DNA of 64,000 bases, taken from contig CAXULY010000031.1 of assembly GCA_964252075.1 (NCBI GenBank), positions 1 to 64,000 of the forward strand, written 5' to 3'. Shown here piece after piece: positions 35,075 to 44,479 of this stretch. Every line of letters begins with the position of its first letter. Within the stretch, counting starts at the first letter, position 1. This DNA comes from an uncultured Deinococcaceae bacterium (GTDB lineage: Bacteria > Deinococcota > Deinococci > Deinococcales > Deinococcaceae). The position numbers were made by a program, and so were the translations under genes. The notes under the pieces were generated by a model, which did not search any database, was not told where the DNA came from, and worked only from the letters and a program-made list of their open reading frames with translations.

Positions 35075-36346
35075 TCAGGGGGCGAACTGGAGGTGTACGG
35101 CGCCCTGCAGCTTGTGCTGGTTGTACCCGAACACGTTGTTGTACGCGACGTAATTCGCGAGCAGGTCGGTCTCCTCGCCGGGCTGCGGGGCGCGCAGCGC
35201 CGTGAGCTGAACGGGCACCATGCCGCCCTCCTTCGGCAGGACGCCCGCGCCGCGAATCTGCCACCACTGGCCGAAGTTCAGCTCGCCGAACGCCACATCC
35301 GGCCCGGTCGTCTCGCCGCCCGGCTCGGCCCACACGCGCGCCTGCGTGGTGACGGTCTCGCCCGCCCGCAGCACGTACGGCGCGCTGGGAAACTCGATGA
35401 ACACCCGCTGCTCGGTGGGTTCCACCTGCAACTCCGCGCGCGTCACCTCCTCGCCCGCGTAGCTGAGGACCAGCGCGTCCGGCAGGGGCCCGGTGTCCTC
35501 ACGGTTGGGGGGCATGTACACGTTCAGGGTGCGCGTGAAGGAACCCGCGCCCGCGAGGTGCGTGCCCTGGTCCTCCAGGCGGAAGCGGTCGCTGGTGTCG
35601 TTCGCGTTCACGGCGCTCACCACGCGGTACGTGAGGTCGCCCGTGAAGGCCTTGCTGCGGTTCACGAGCGTGATGGGCACGGCGCCGTGGCGGTCCTGGT
35701 ACACGCCTGTCACGCCGGGCACCACGATGCTGATGTCCGGCACGCAGGTGAGCGTGGGGTTCACCCAGTCGGCGTGGTCGTCACTCCTGCCGTTCCCGCC
35801 GTCCGTCACGACCAGCCGGACGCTGCCGCGCCCGCGCAGGTCCACGTTCACCTGCCGGGTGGCGCTCGCGCCCGTCATGACGCCACTGTCGTACAGCTTG
35901 GTGCCGTCGCCCCACACCTGGAACGCCACGCTGCCGCGCCCACCCACCTCGTCGTCCACGCCGACCTGCGCCCTGAAGCGCGTGCAGGTCGCGCCGTCCG
36001 ATCCGCTGAGGCTGTACTTCAGTTCGCTGGGGGCGTGCACGCCGTACCCTTTGGGGAACACCGCGCCGTTCAGGGTGAGGGCGTGGCCGTCCCCGGCGTT
36101 CTGCTCGCCGTTGCTGCGGTTCACCTCGATGGGGCCCCACCCGGACGTCGCCACGAGGGCCTTCTCGTAGGTCAGGGTGTTCGTGCCGGCCGTGAGGGAC
36201 TGCGCGCCCATGCGGGCGGGCATGGTCCAGGTGCCGTTCGTGCTGTTCTCGGTGGTGGCGGTGTGGGAGGCGCCGGGTTCGAGCGCCTGCTGGCCGCATG
36301 AGGCGACGGTAAAGGAGACGAGAGCGAGAGGCAGCCATCGTTTCAT
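35075..36346 (-). CDS. NPCBM/NEW2 domain lipoprotein
   Basis: Lipobox VASC; SGWGPIEVNRSNGE, KGYGVHAPS, VGVDD, DHADW. Confidence 0.85.
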   Translation of the reverse strand: MKRWLPLALVSFTVASCGQQALEPGASHTATTENSTNGTWTMPARMGAQSLTAGTNTLTYEKALVATSGWGPIEVNRSNGEQNAGDGHALTLNGAVFPKGYGVHAPSELKYSLSGSDGATCTRFRAQVGVDDEVGGRGSVAFQVWGDGTKLYDSGVMTGASATRQVNVDLRGRGSVRLVVTDGGNGRSDDHADWVNPTLTCVPDISIVVPGVTGVYQDRHGAVPITLVNRSKAFTGDLTYRVVSAVNANDTSDRFRLEDQGTHLAGAGSFTRTLNVYMPPNREDTGPLPDALVLSYAGEEVTRAELQVEPTEQRVFIEFPSAPYVLRAGETVTTQARVWAEPGGETTGPDVAFGELNFGQWWQIRGAGVLPKEGGMVPVQLTALRAPQPGEETDLLANYVAYNNVFGYNQHKLQGAVHLQFAP

Positions 36347-36715
36347 AAAGCCCTCCGGAACGCGTGTGCGTACAGAAAGTGTAACTCAGACGCACCTAAT
36401 AAAGGACTAATAGAAGTCTTCATTGATGAGCCGTTAAGGTCGAGCTGACCCCAGGCGTGCGCTGAATCCAAAGGTCAGCAGCTGGAGGCAACGGCGCCCC
36501 AGCAGCCGTCACCGCTCACCCAGCCCACCCGATCAAGCCCTAAGAGCACCCGCCGTGCCCGGAAAGGTTTCAGCAAGAGGCGTCAGACCACCCATGTGCC
36601 TCAAGGGACACTCGGACCGCCTCCTCACCGCCAGACTGTACGCTCAGGGCCGCCTCAACCAGAGGAACGCGGCGGCAGCCTGGGGCGCCCCAGCGGGCGA
36701 AAGAGGGAGAACGAC

Positions 36716-37126
36716 GTGAGTGAGAACGCGGGTGCAACAGCACAGATGTTGGAGTTGGTCTTTCCGAAGGACACCAACAACCACGGCACAGCCTTCGGCG
36801 GCTTCGTGCTGAGCCTCATGGACAAGGCCGCCAGCATCGCGGCCGTCCGGCACTGCAAGGGCTCCGTCGTGACGGCCCGCATGGACGCCGTGGACTTTCA
36901 CGTGCCCATCCGGCAGGGGGACGCCGTCGCGCTGTCCGCGCAGGTCATCAAGGTGGGCCGCACCAGCATGACCATCCGGGTGGATGTGCACCGCGAGCAC
37001 CTCGCGAGCGGCGAGCAGCAGCTCGCGACGAGCGGCACCTTCGTGTTCGTCGCGGTGGACGCGAACGGCCGCCCGGTCCCCGTGCCGCCCCTGGAGCGCG
37101 CCCTGCCGGACCACGCGACGACCTGA
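36716..37126 (+). CDS. Acyl-CoA thioesterase (hotdog fold)
   Basis: [15 protein letters not shown]...MD, VGRTSM, FVAVD. Confidence 0.9.
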   Translation: MSENAGATAQMLELVFPKDTNNHGTAFGGFVLSLMDKAASIAAVRHCKGSVVTARMDAVDFHVPIRQGDAVALSAQVIKVGRTSMTIRVDVHREHLASGEQQLATSGTFVFVAVDANGRPVPVPPLERALPDHATT

Positions 37127-37138
37127 GCCGCCCGCGGT

Positions 37139-37173
37139 CTGTCACAAGCCTGTCAGAGTCCGGCGCTTAACGT
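37139..37173 (+). promoter_or_regulatory. Pho-box-like direct repeat plus leaderless -10
   Basis: CTGTCA-N5-CTGTCA (11-bp period), then TAACGT 6 nt before ATG 37180. Confidence 0.55.
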
Positions 37174-37179
37174 GAGGGC

Positions 37180-37629
37180 ATGAACCGTTTCCTGCTGACC
37201 GCCGCCCTGCTGCTGGCGCCCACGGCGCTCGCCCAGACCGCCGCCGAGCTGCTGACCGTCACCGCCATCAGCTCGACGCTGGACAGCGCCCTCTCCATTC
37301 ACCTACCGACAGGCTCCAGCTTCGTGAAGAACCCCAAGTACGCTGCGGGCCTCGCGCCGCGCCTGCTCGGGCCGGACGCCAGCCGCTTCACGGACTACCA
37401 GCTGTACACCGCGCGCGGCCTCGCGGTGCGCCTCGCGGACAACTACGTCGGGGACCTCAAGACCAGCTTCGCGACCAGCGGCTTCTTCGAGTCCGGCAGT
37501 CACAGCGTCGCGGTGGGCACGGACACCTGGACGCGCACAGACTTCCAGGACGACGGCGGTAAGGCGCTCGCGCTGTTCGTGGCGAAGAAGCCCGACGGCG
37601 TGTACTTTCTGACGGCGCGAGGCAAGTAA
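37180..37629 (+). CDS. Secreted hypothetical protein
   Basis: Signal peptide ending ALA-Q; GC3 bias; followed by a hairpin at 37641-37671. Confidence 0.75.
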   Translation: MNRFLLTAALLLAPTALAQTAAELLTVTAISSTLDSALSIHLPTGSSFVKNPKYAAGLAPRLLGPDASRFTDYQLYTARGLAVRLADNYVGDLKTSFATSGFFESGSHSVAVGTDTWTRTDFQDDGGKALALFVAKKPDGVYFLTARGK

Positions 37630-37916
37630 ACAAGCGAATCGAGGGCCGGGGCAGGGTCTGCCCCGGCCCTCCGCGTTTCCCATCCGGGCCACGCAAGGTC
37701 CAGCACCGCAAAAGCGTGCCCGCACATGCCCGGCGACGCTTCCCCAGGGCCAGGGACCAGGCGAACAGGCTCCCCGCTGGGAGGCGATGGGCTGCCCCGA
37801 TGCCTTCCTCTCCCTGCTCGATGCCGCGTCACTCCCTGATGAGGCCGGGGGCGCCCGCGCCATGACCGCCAGACGCACCCCCGCCCACCGTCCCGCGCTA
37901 GCATCGAGTCCAGCCC

Positions 37917-38735
37917 ATGCCGCGCACCGTCCGCATCCGCAGCGAGAACGCCGATTACCAGCACATCGAGACCCTGCGCCGCAACCGCAGCAAGCGCGCG
38001 CGCAGCGGGGAGTTCCTGGTGGAGAGCGTGCGCAGCATCACGGCGGCGCTGCGACACGGCTGGGTGGTGCGCGCGCTGGCCTTCGCGGAGGACCGCGCGC
38101 CGTCCCGCTGGGCGCAGGAGGTGCTGGCGGACGCGCGCACCGAGACGCACTACGCGCTGCCGGGCGCGCTGCTGGACCAGCTCTCCGAGCGCCACGAGGG
38201 CTCCGAGCTGCTGGCGCTGGTGCGCGTCCCGGCGGACGACCCCGCGCGCATTCCGGTCGTGCCGGACCTGCGCGCGGTGGTCTTCGACCGCCCCGCCAGC
38301 CCCGGGAACCTGGGGAGCCTCATTCGCAGCGCGGACGCGCTGGGCGCGCAGGGCCTCGTGGTGCTGGGGCACGCAGCGGACCTATACGACCCGGAGACGG
38401 TGCGCGCCTCCACGGGCTCGCTGTTCGCGCTGCCGTGCGTGCGCCTCGCGGGCCCGCAGGAACTCGCGGCGTGGGTGGCGTCGCTGCGCGCCGAACTGGG
38501 CGACCTGCAGCTGGTGGGCGCGGACGAGCGCGGGAGCGTGGAGGCCGCGCGGCATGACTTCCGCACGCCGACCGCGCTGCTGCTCGGGAACGAGACGCAC
38601 GGCCTGAGTCACGCGCTGCTGGAGTTGTGCGACGCGACCGTCCGCATCCCCATGGTGGGGAGCGCGTCGTCCCTGAACGTCGCGGCGGCGGGCACGGCGC
38701 TGCTGTACGAGATGGACCGCCAGCGCCGCGCCTGA
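37917..38735 (+). CDS. TrmH/SpoU family RNA methyltransferase
   Basis: PGNLGSLIRSADA, LGNETHGL, IPMVG..SSLNV. Confidence 0.9.
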   Translation: MPRTVRIRSENADYQHIETLRRNRSKRARSGEFLVESVRSITAALRHGWVVRALAFAEDRAPSRWAQEVLADARTETHYALPGALLDQLSERHEGSELLALVRVPADDPARIPVVPDLRAVVFDRPASPGNLGSLIRSADALGAQGLVVLGHAADLYDPETVRASTGSLFALPCVRLAGPQELAAWVASLRAELGDLQLVGADERGSVEAARHDFRTPTALLLGNETHGLSHALLELCDATVRIPMVGSASSLNVAAAGTALLYEMDRQRRA

Positions 38736-38750
38736 GGGTACGCTGCGGGC

Positions 38751-39434
38751 ATGACCGACCTGCCGCCGCACTTCCTGACCCGTCCCGACTGGACCATCAC
38801 GGCGGAGCAGGAGGCCACCCTGTCCGACTGGTCCGCGCGGGAGGTGGAGGGCCAGCCGCTGCGCGTGGTGAGCCCGCCGCCGGACCTGCCCGTGTGGGTG
38901 GTGCTCGCGTGGCTGGGCGAGCGGCGCCCCGTGCTGCTGCACGGAACGGGCGACTCGGGCATCCGGCGGTTCACGCCGCGCCAGCCGCAGGACCACAACC
39001 CTTTCGGCGCGCAGCGCGCCGTGTACGCCGCGTCGGATGGTGTGTGGGCGATGTTCTACGCGGTGCACGACCGCTCGCGCTTTCCGTCCACCATCGTGAA
39101 TGCGTCGTTCACGCTGGAGCGGGAGGGTGCGCGCCTCGGTCCGCTGGCGTTCTTCTCGGTGGCGGCGCCCGCGCTGGCCCTCTCGCCGTGGCGGGACGGC
39201 TGGGTGTACGTGCTGCCCCGCGAGGGCTTCGTGCAGGAGCCGCGCGGCGACTGGGGCGGGTACGCGCTGGAGGTGGCGCACTGGGCGAGCGAGCGGGCGG
39301 TCACGCCGCTCGCCCGCCTCGCCGTGCGGCCCGCCGACTTCCCGTTCCTGAGCGCGGTGCGGGCGCATGACGAGGCGACGCTGCACGCCCGCATGCGCGC
39401 GCGTCCGGACGGCTTCCCGTGGCTGGACCCCTGA
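38751..39434 (+). CDS. Hypothetical protein
   Basis: Leaderless TACGCT -10; LLHG...FTPR...VYAASD motif. Confidence 0.7.
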   Translation: MTDLPPHFLTRPDWTITAEQEATLSDWSAREVEGQPLRVVSPPPDLPVWVVLAWLGERRPVLLHGTGDSGIRRFTPRQPQDHNPFGAQRAVYAASDGVWAMFYAVHDRSRFPSTIVNASFTLEREGARLGPLAFFSVAAPALALSPWRDGWVYVLPREGFVQEPRGDWGGYALEVAHWASERAVTPLARLAVRPADFPFLSAVRAHDEATLHARMRARPDGFPWLDP

Positions 39435-39463
39435 CCCCCGCGGGGACGGGGTAGGCTGGCGGC

Positions 39464-40258
39464 ATGACCTTGCCGCCCGGCATCTTCGACTCGCACCTGC
39501 ACACGCCGCTGTGCCGCCACGCCACGGGCACGCCGCTGGAGTACGCGCGCGCCGCCGTGAGGGTGGGCCTCGCGGGCATCACCTTCACCGATCACATCCC
39601 CATGCCTGCGTGGTTCGACGCGCCGTGGCGCATGCGCCGCGACCAGCTGGGCGAGTACGTGGATGCGGTGCTGGAGGCGCGCGAGGCGGTGGGGGATCAG
39701 CTGGAGGTGCGCCTGGGCCTGGAGGCCGATTACCACCCCGGCACGGAGCGCTGGGTGGGGGAACTGCTGGACGCGTACCCGTGGGATTACGTGATCGGGA
39801 GCGTGCATTACCTGGGCGCGTGGGGCTTCGACAACCCGGAGTTCGTGGAGGAGTACGACCGCCGCGACCTGAGCGGCCTGTACCGTGATTACTACGCCCT
39901 CGTTGATGGCGCGGCGCGCAGCGGGCTGTTCGACGCGGTGGGGCACCTGGACCTCCCGAAGAAGTTCGCGCACAGGGACCCGGACGGCGCGGCGGCCCTC
40001 GCGGCGCTGGACGTGATCGCGGCGCGCGGCCTCGCGCTGGATTTCAACACGGCGGGCTGGCGCAAGCTCGTGAATGAGGCGTACCCCGCGCCGGACCTTG
40101 TGCGGGCGGCGGCGCTGCGCGGCATTCCGTTCGTGCTGGGCAGCGACGCGCACCGCCCGGAGGAGGTCGGGTTTCGCTTCGCGGAGGCCCTGCGGGAGTT
40201 GCGGGAGGTGGGCGCGCGCGTCGTGACCTTCCGGGAGCGGCAGGTGCAGCGTGCCTAA
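39464..40258 (+). CDS. Histidinol-phosphatase, PHP (HisJ/HisK) family
   Basis: DSHLHTPLCRH, FTDH, IGSVH, GHLD, GSDAH. Confidence 0.88.
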   Translation: MTLPPGIFDSHLHTPLCRHATGTPLEYARAAVRVGLAGITFTDHIPMPAWFDAPWRMRRDQLGEYVDAVLEAREAVGDQLEVRLGLEADYHPGTERWVGELLDAYPWDYVIGSVHYLGAWGFDNPEFVEEYDRRDLSGLYRDYYALVDGAARSGLFDAVGHLDLPKKFAHRDPDGAAALAALDVIAARGLALDFNTAGWRKLVNEAYPAPDLVRAAALRGIPFVLGSDAHRPEEVGFRFAEALRELREVGARVVTFRERQVQRA

Positions 40259-41981
40259 GGAGCATGACGCGGACGGCGGCATGGACCGCAAGCAGGCGGC
40301 GCACGCGCTGGAGCGCACCGCGGACCTGCTGGACCTGCTGGGCGCCGAGGCCTTCCGCGCGAACGCCTTCCGGGCGGCGGCGCGCTCGCTGGAGGGCGTG
40401 GACACCCCGTGGGCGGAACTGGTCCTGACGCGCTTCGAGCACGTGCCGCGCATCGGGAAGGCGCTAGCGGCGCAGCTCGCGGCGCTGGACCGCACGGGGG
40501 TGTTCGCGCCGCTGGAGGAGGTGAGCGCGCAGGTGCCGCTGGGCGTGCAGGCGCTGTTTCGCGTGCGGGGCCTCGGCCCGAAGAAGATCGGGGCCCTGTG
40601 GGGCGCGGGCGTGGAGTCCCTGGCGGAGTTGCGCGCGGCGCTCACGGACGGGCGGGTGGCGGCCATCAAGGGCTTCGGCGCGAAGACCGCCGCGACCCTG
40701 TTGGAGAACGTGGAGTTCGCGCTCGCGGCGAGCGAGCGTCACCTCATGCCGGTCGGGGCGCGCGCGGCGGCGCGGCTCGCGGAGCGCCTCGCGGACCTGG
40801 AGCCGCGCGCGGGGGGCAGCGTGCGGCGCGGCCTGGACACCGTGGGGGACGTGGACGTGACCGTGACGGGCGCGCGGGAGGCGGTCGCGGCGCGCCTGTC
40901 GGACCTGCTTGCGGACATCACGGACGCGCCGTACCCGGCGCTGCGCGGCACCCTGGAGGGCGTGGCGGTGGAGGTCGGGTACGGGGACGCGGAGTCACGC
41001 GGCGCGCGCGACCTGATGTTCGGGGGCAGCAAAGCCTACGTGGAGTTCCTGCAGGGGCGGGCGGAGGCGCGCGGCCTGACCCTCACGAGCGCGGGCCTGC
41101 GCGGCACGGACGGCGCCCTCGCGGCGGGGGACGAGCGCGCGGTGCTGGCGGCGCTGGGCCTGCCGTGGCTGCCGCCCGAGTACCGGGAGCCGGAGCACGA
41201 GGCGCACTGGCCGGACCCCTTCCGCCTCCCGCCGGAATCCGGGCTGGTGACGGTGGAGGACCTGCGGGGCCTGCTGCACACGCACTCGAACTGGTCGGAC
41301 GGCGCGGCGAGCCTCACGGAGATGGTGGCGGCGGCGCGCGCGCAGGGGCGCTACCTCGGCACGGGCGACCACTCGCGCGCGGCCTTCTACGCGAACGGCC
41401 TGAGCGTGGAGCGGCTGCGCGCGTACATCGCGGAGATCCGCACCCTGCAGGCCGAGGGCGAACCGGTCCTGGCGGGCGCGGAGGTGGACATCCTGGAGGA
41501 CGGCGCGCTGGATTACCCGGACGAGGAACTCGCGCAGCTGGATTACGTGGTGGTGAGCGTGCACAGCCGCTTCGACCTGAGCGCGGAGGCGCAGACGGCG
41601 CGCCTCGTGCGCGCGGCGCGCCACCCGCTCGTGACGATCCTGGGGCACCCCACGGGGCGCCTGACCCTGCAGCGCCCCAGTTACGCGCTGGACCTCGACG
41701 CGGTGCTCGCGGCGTGCGAGGCGAACGGCACGGTGGTGGAGATCAACGCGAACCCGCACCGCCTGGACCTCGACTGGCGGGTGGCCCTGCGCTGGCGGGA
41801 GCGCCTGACCTTCGCGATCAACACGGACGCGCACGTGCCGGGCGGCCTGAACGACCTGCGCTTCGGGGTGCAGGTGGCGCGCAAGGCGGGCCTGCGCGCG
41901 CGGGACGTGGTGAACAGCCTGGATCAGGGGGCGTTCTTGGAGTTCGTGCGGGCGCAGCGGGCGGGTCGCGCGGCGCGGTGA
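40251..41981 (+). CDS. polX: DNA polymerase X / PHP 3'-5' exonuclease
   Basis: FRANAFR, GLGPKK HhH, GSVRR...GDVD, HTHSNWSDG, GHPTGR, NTDAH; start may be 40281. Confidence 0.92.
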   Translation: MPKEHDADGGMDRKQAAHALERTADLLDLLGAEAFRANAFRAAARSLEGVDTPWAELVLTRFEHVPRIGKALAAQLAALDRTGVFAPLEEVSAQVPLGVQALFRVRGLGPKKIGALWGAGVESLAELRAALTDGRVAAIKGFGAKTAATLLENVEFALAASERHLMPVGARAAARLAERLADLEPRAGGSVRRGLDTVGDVDVTVTGAREAVAARLSDLLADITDAPYPALRGTLEGVAVEVGYGDAESRGARDLMFGGSKAYVEFLQGRAEARGLTLTSAGLRGTDGALAAGDERAVLAALGLPWLPPEYREPEHEAHWPDPFRLPPESGLVTVEDLRGLLHTHSNWSDGAASLTEMVAAARAQGRYLGTGDHSRAAFYANGLSVERLRAYIAEIRTLQAEGEPVLAGAEVDILEDGALDYPDEELAQLDYVVVSVHSRFDLSAEAQTARLVRAARHPLVTILGHPTGRLTLQRPSYALDLDAVLAACEANGTVVEINANPHRLDLDWRVALRWRERLTFAINTDAHVPGGLNDLRFGVQVARKAGLRARDVVNSLDQGAFLEFVRAQRAGRAAR

Positions 41982-43156
41982 GGCGCGCGCTGCGCGCCTC
42001 GCCTGCCTTCGCGCGGCTGCTGCTCGGCACGGCGGTCTCGGGGCTGGGGGACGTGCTGACGTGGGTGGCGCTCTCGTGGCTGGTGCTGGAGCGCGCGGGC
42101 GGTGCGGCGGTTGGGGCAGTGCTGCTGGCGTTCGCGCTGCCGTCGGCGCTCACGGCGTCCTTGTGGGGCCGCCTGCTGGACCGCGTGCAGCCGCGCCACC
42201 TGATGCTCGTGGACAACCTCGCGCGCGCCGTGATCATCGCGGCGATACCGCTGCTGGACGCGTGGCAGCGCCTGGACTTGTGGGTGGTGTACGTGCTGGC
42301 CGCGCTGGCGGGCGCCCTCGCGCCGCTCACGGGGGTGGGCGTGCGGGTGGTGGTGCCGCAGCTGGTGCCGCCCGAGCGGCTGGAGACCAGCAACGCCGCG
42401 CTGGCGGGCGCGGCGCAGGCGGCGGTCATTGCGGGTCCGCTGCTGGCGGGCCTGCTGGTCGCGGCCCTGGGCGCCGCGAACGTGCTGTGGCTGGACGCCC
42501 TGAGTTTCCTGGGGATGGCGTGGGCGCTCGCCGCGCTGCCACTGCTGACGCGCGCGCCGGGCGCCAGGGGGGGCGGCCGGGTGGCGCTCGCGGCGCTGGC
42601 GCGCGACCCGGTGCTGCTCACCCTCACGGCGCTGTCCCTGGCCTTCTACTTCGCGTACGGCCCCATGGAGGTCGCGCTACCCGTGCAGACGCGGGACGTG
42701 CTGCGGCGCGGCGCGGACGGCTACGGCCTGCTGATCTCGCTGGTGGGGGTGGGCATGCTGCTCTCGAACGTGGCGGCCCCCTGGCTGGCGCGCCGGACGA
42801 ACCTGGCGCTGCTCGGGTGGATCGCGGCGGCGTGGGGCGCGGCGCAGGCGCTGCTGGGCCTCTCCGCGAGCTTCGGCCTGAGCGCCGCGCTCATCGTGTG
42901 CGGCGGGGTCGCGTGGGGGCCGTACACCGCGCTGGAGACCAGCGCGATTCAGCGGCGCGTGCCGCCCGAGCGGCTGGGCGCGGTGTTCGGGGCGCGCACG
43001 GCGCTGCTCGCGCCGGCGTCCCCGCTGGGCACCGCGTTGGGCGGCGCGCTGCTGAGCGGCTTCAGCAGTCCGCTGGTGCTGCTCACCTCGGGCCTGTGCT
43101 GCGCGGCGGTCGGGGTGGCTGGCGCGCTGGTGCTCGCGCGCCTCGGACGCGATTGA
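41978..43156 (+). CDS. MFS transporter
   Basis: GTGA overlap with polX; about 12 TM helices; GRLLDR motif A. Confidence 0.85.
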   Translation: MRRALRASPAFARLLLGTAVSGLGDVLTWVALSWLVLERAGGAAVGAVLLAFALPSALTASLWGRLLDRVQPRHLMLVDNLARAVIIAAIPLLDAWQRLDLWVVYVLAALAGALAPLTGVGVRVVVPQLVPPERLETSNAALAGAAQAAVIAGPLLAGLLVAALGAANVLWLDALSFLGMAWALAALPLLTRAPGARGGGRVALAALARDPVLLTLTALSLAFYFAYGPMEVALPVQTRDVLRRGADGYGLLISLVGVGMLLSNVAAPWLARRTNLALLGWIAAAWGAAQALLGLSASFGLSAALIVCGGVAWGPYTALETSAIQRRVPPERLGAVFGARTALLAPASPLGTALGGALLSGFSSPLVLLTSGLCCAAVGVAGALVLARLGRD

Positions 43157-43239
43157 CAAGACCCCCGCATGAAGAGATAGTGAGCGCAGCTTTGAACTGA
43201 GTTGTGCTGCCCCACCGGCAGCGCCTCCGGAGGTTTGCC

Positions 43240-44391
43240 ATGAAGCGTCTACTCGTGCTTGTGTCCCTCGGTCTGGCTTCCGCCGCTTCCGCCGTCGACG
43301 CCCCCATCCCGCTCGGGGTGGCCGTCGCGCAGACCAGCAACGTCGCCCTCTTCGGTCAGGAGCAGGTGATCGGTGCGAAATTCGCGGAGAGCTTCTACAA
43401 CTCGCGGGGCGGCATCGGCGGCACGCCCTTCAAGCTGGTCTTCCAGGACACCGGCGGGGACGAGGCGGGCACCATCAACGCCTTCCAGAACCTCATCAGC
43501 AAGGACAAAGTGGTGGGCATCGTCGGGCCGACCCTGTCACAGCAGGCCTTCAGTGCGGACCCCATCGCGGAGCGCGCGAAGGTGCCGGTGCTGGGGCCCA
43601 GCAACACCGCCAAGGGCATCCCGCAGATCGGGGACTTCATCGCGCGCGTGTCCGCGCCCGTGAACGTCGTGGCGCCCGCCGCCGTGAAGGCCGCCCTGAA
43701 GCTCGACCCGAAGATCAAGCGCGTCGCGGTGCTGTACGCGCAGAACGACGCCTTCTCCACCAGCGAGACGGGCATCTTCCAGGACACCGCCAAAGCGCAG
43801 GGCCTCACGCTCGCCACCGTGCAGAAGTTCCAGACGACCGACACGGACTTCACCACGCAGGTGACAGCGGTGCTGGGCGCGAACGCCGACATGGTGATCA
43901 TCTCGGGCCTCGTGGCGGACAGCGGCAACCTCATCAAGCAGCTGCGGCAGCTGGGCTTCAAGGGCCTCATCGCGGGCGGCAACGGCCTGAACACCTCGAA
44001 CCTCTTCCCGGTGTGCGGCAAGGACTGTGACGGCGTGATCGTCGCGCAGGCGTACAGCCCGAACGAGCCGTCCAGCGTGAACCAGCTGTTCGTGAAGCAG
44101 TACCGCGCGCAGTACAAGAAGGACCCCCCGCAGTTCGCCGCGCAGGCCTACGCGGGCGTGCAGGTGATGGTGGAGGCCCTGAACCGCATCAACCAGAAGA
44201 AGAAGCTCAGCACCTGGAACCTCGACGATCTGCGCGTCGCGCTGAACAAGCAGATCCTGACCGGCAAGTACAAGACGCCGCTGGGGGAGATCAGCTTCGA
44301 CAAGGAGGGCGAGGTCAGCCAGAAGTCCTTTTACGTCGCGCAGATCAAGATGAAGGACGCCAAGAACGGCACCTTCGTCTTCCTGAAGTAA
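43240..44391 (+). CDS. Branched-chain amino acid ABC substrate-binding protein
   Basis: Signal peptide; GIVGPTLS; periplasmic binding protein type 1. Confidence 0.9.
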   Translation: MKRLLVLVSLGLASAASAVDAPIPLGVAVAQTSNVALFGQEQVIGAKFAESFYNSRGGIGGTPFKLVFQDTGGDEAGTINAFQNLISKDKVVGIVGPTLSQQAFSADPIAERAKVPVLGPSNTAKGIPQIGDFIARVSAPVNVVAPAAVKAALKLDPKIKRVAVLYAQNDAFSTSETGIFQDTAKAQGLTLATVQKFQTTDTDFTTQVTAVLGANADMVIISGLVADSGNLIKQLRQLGFKGLIAGGNGLNTSNLFPVCGKDCDGVIVAQAYSPNEPSSVNQLFVKQYRAQYKKDPPQFAAQAYAGVQVMVEALNRINQKKKLSTWNLDDLRVALNKQILTGKYKTPLGEISFDKEGEVSQKSFYVAQIKMKDAKNGTFVFLK

Positions 44392-44479
44392 GTCCTCACC
44401 CGTTGAGGCGGGCGGCGGGCGGTGGGGGCGCGGGGCGTGACGCCGCCCGCCCCACCGCCCCTTCTCCATTCGAGGTGCC

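Noticed and set aside
36430..36600. c-di-AMP (ydaO)-like words AGCTGACCCC and CGCTGAATCC
   Set aside because: Elements are in the wrong order and the GGGGGACCCA core is missing
40409..43156. Apparent 915-aa ORF fusing an unknown region to an MFS
   Set aside because: The 5' part is an alternate frame of polX; the MFS starts at GTG 41978
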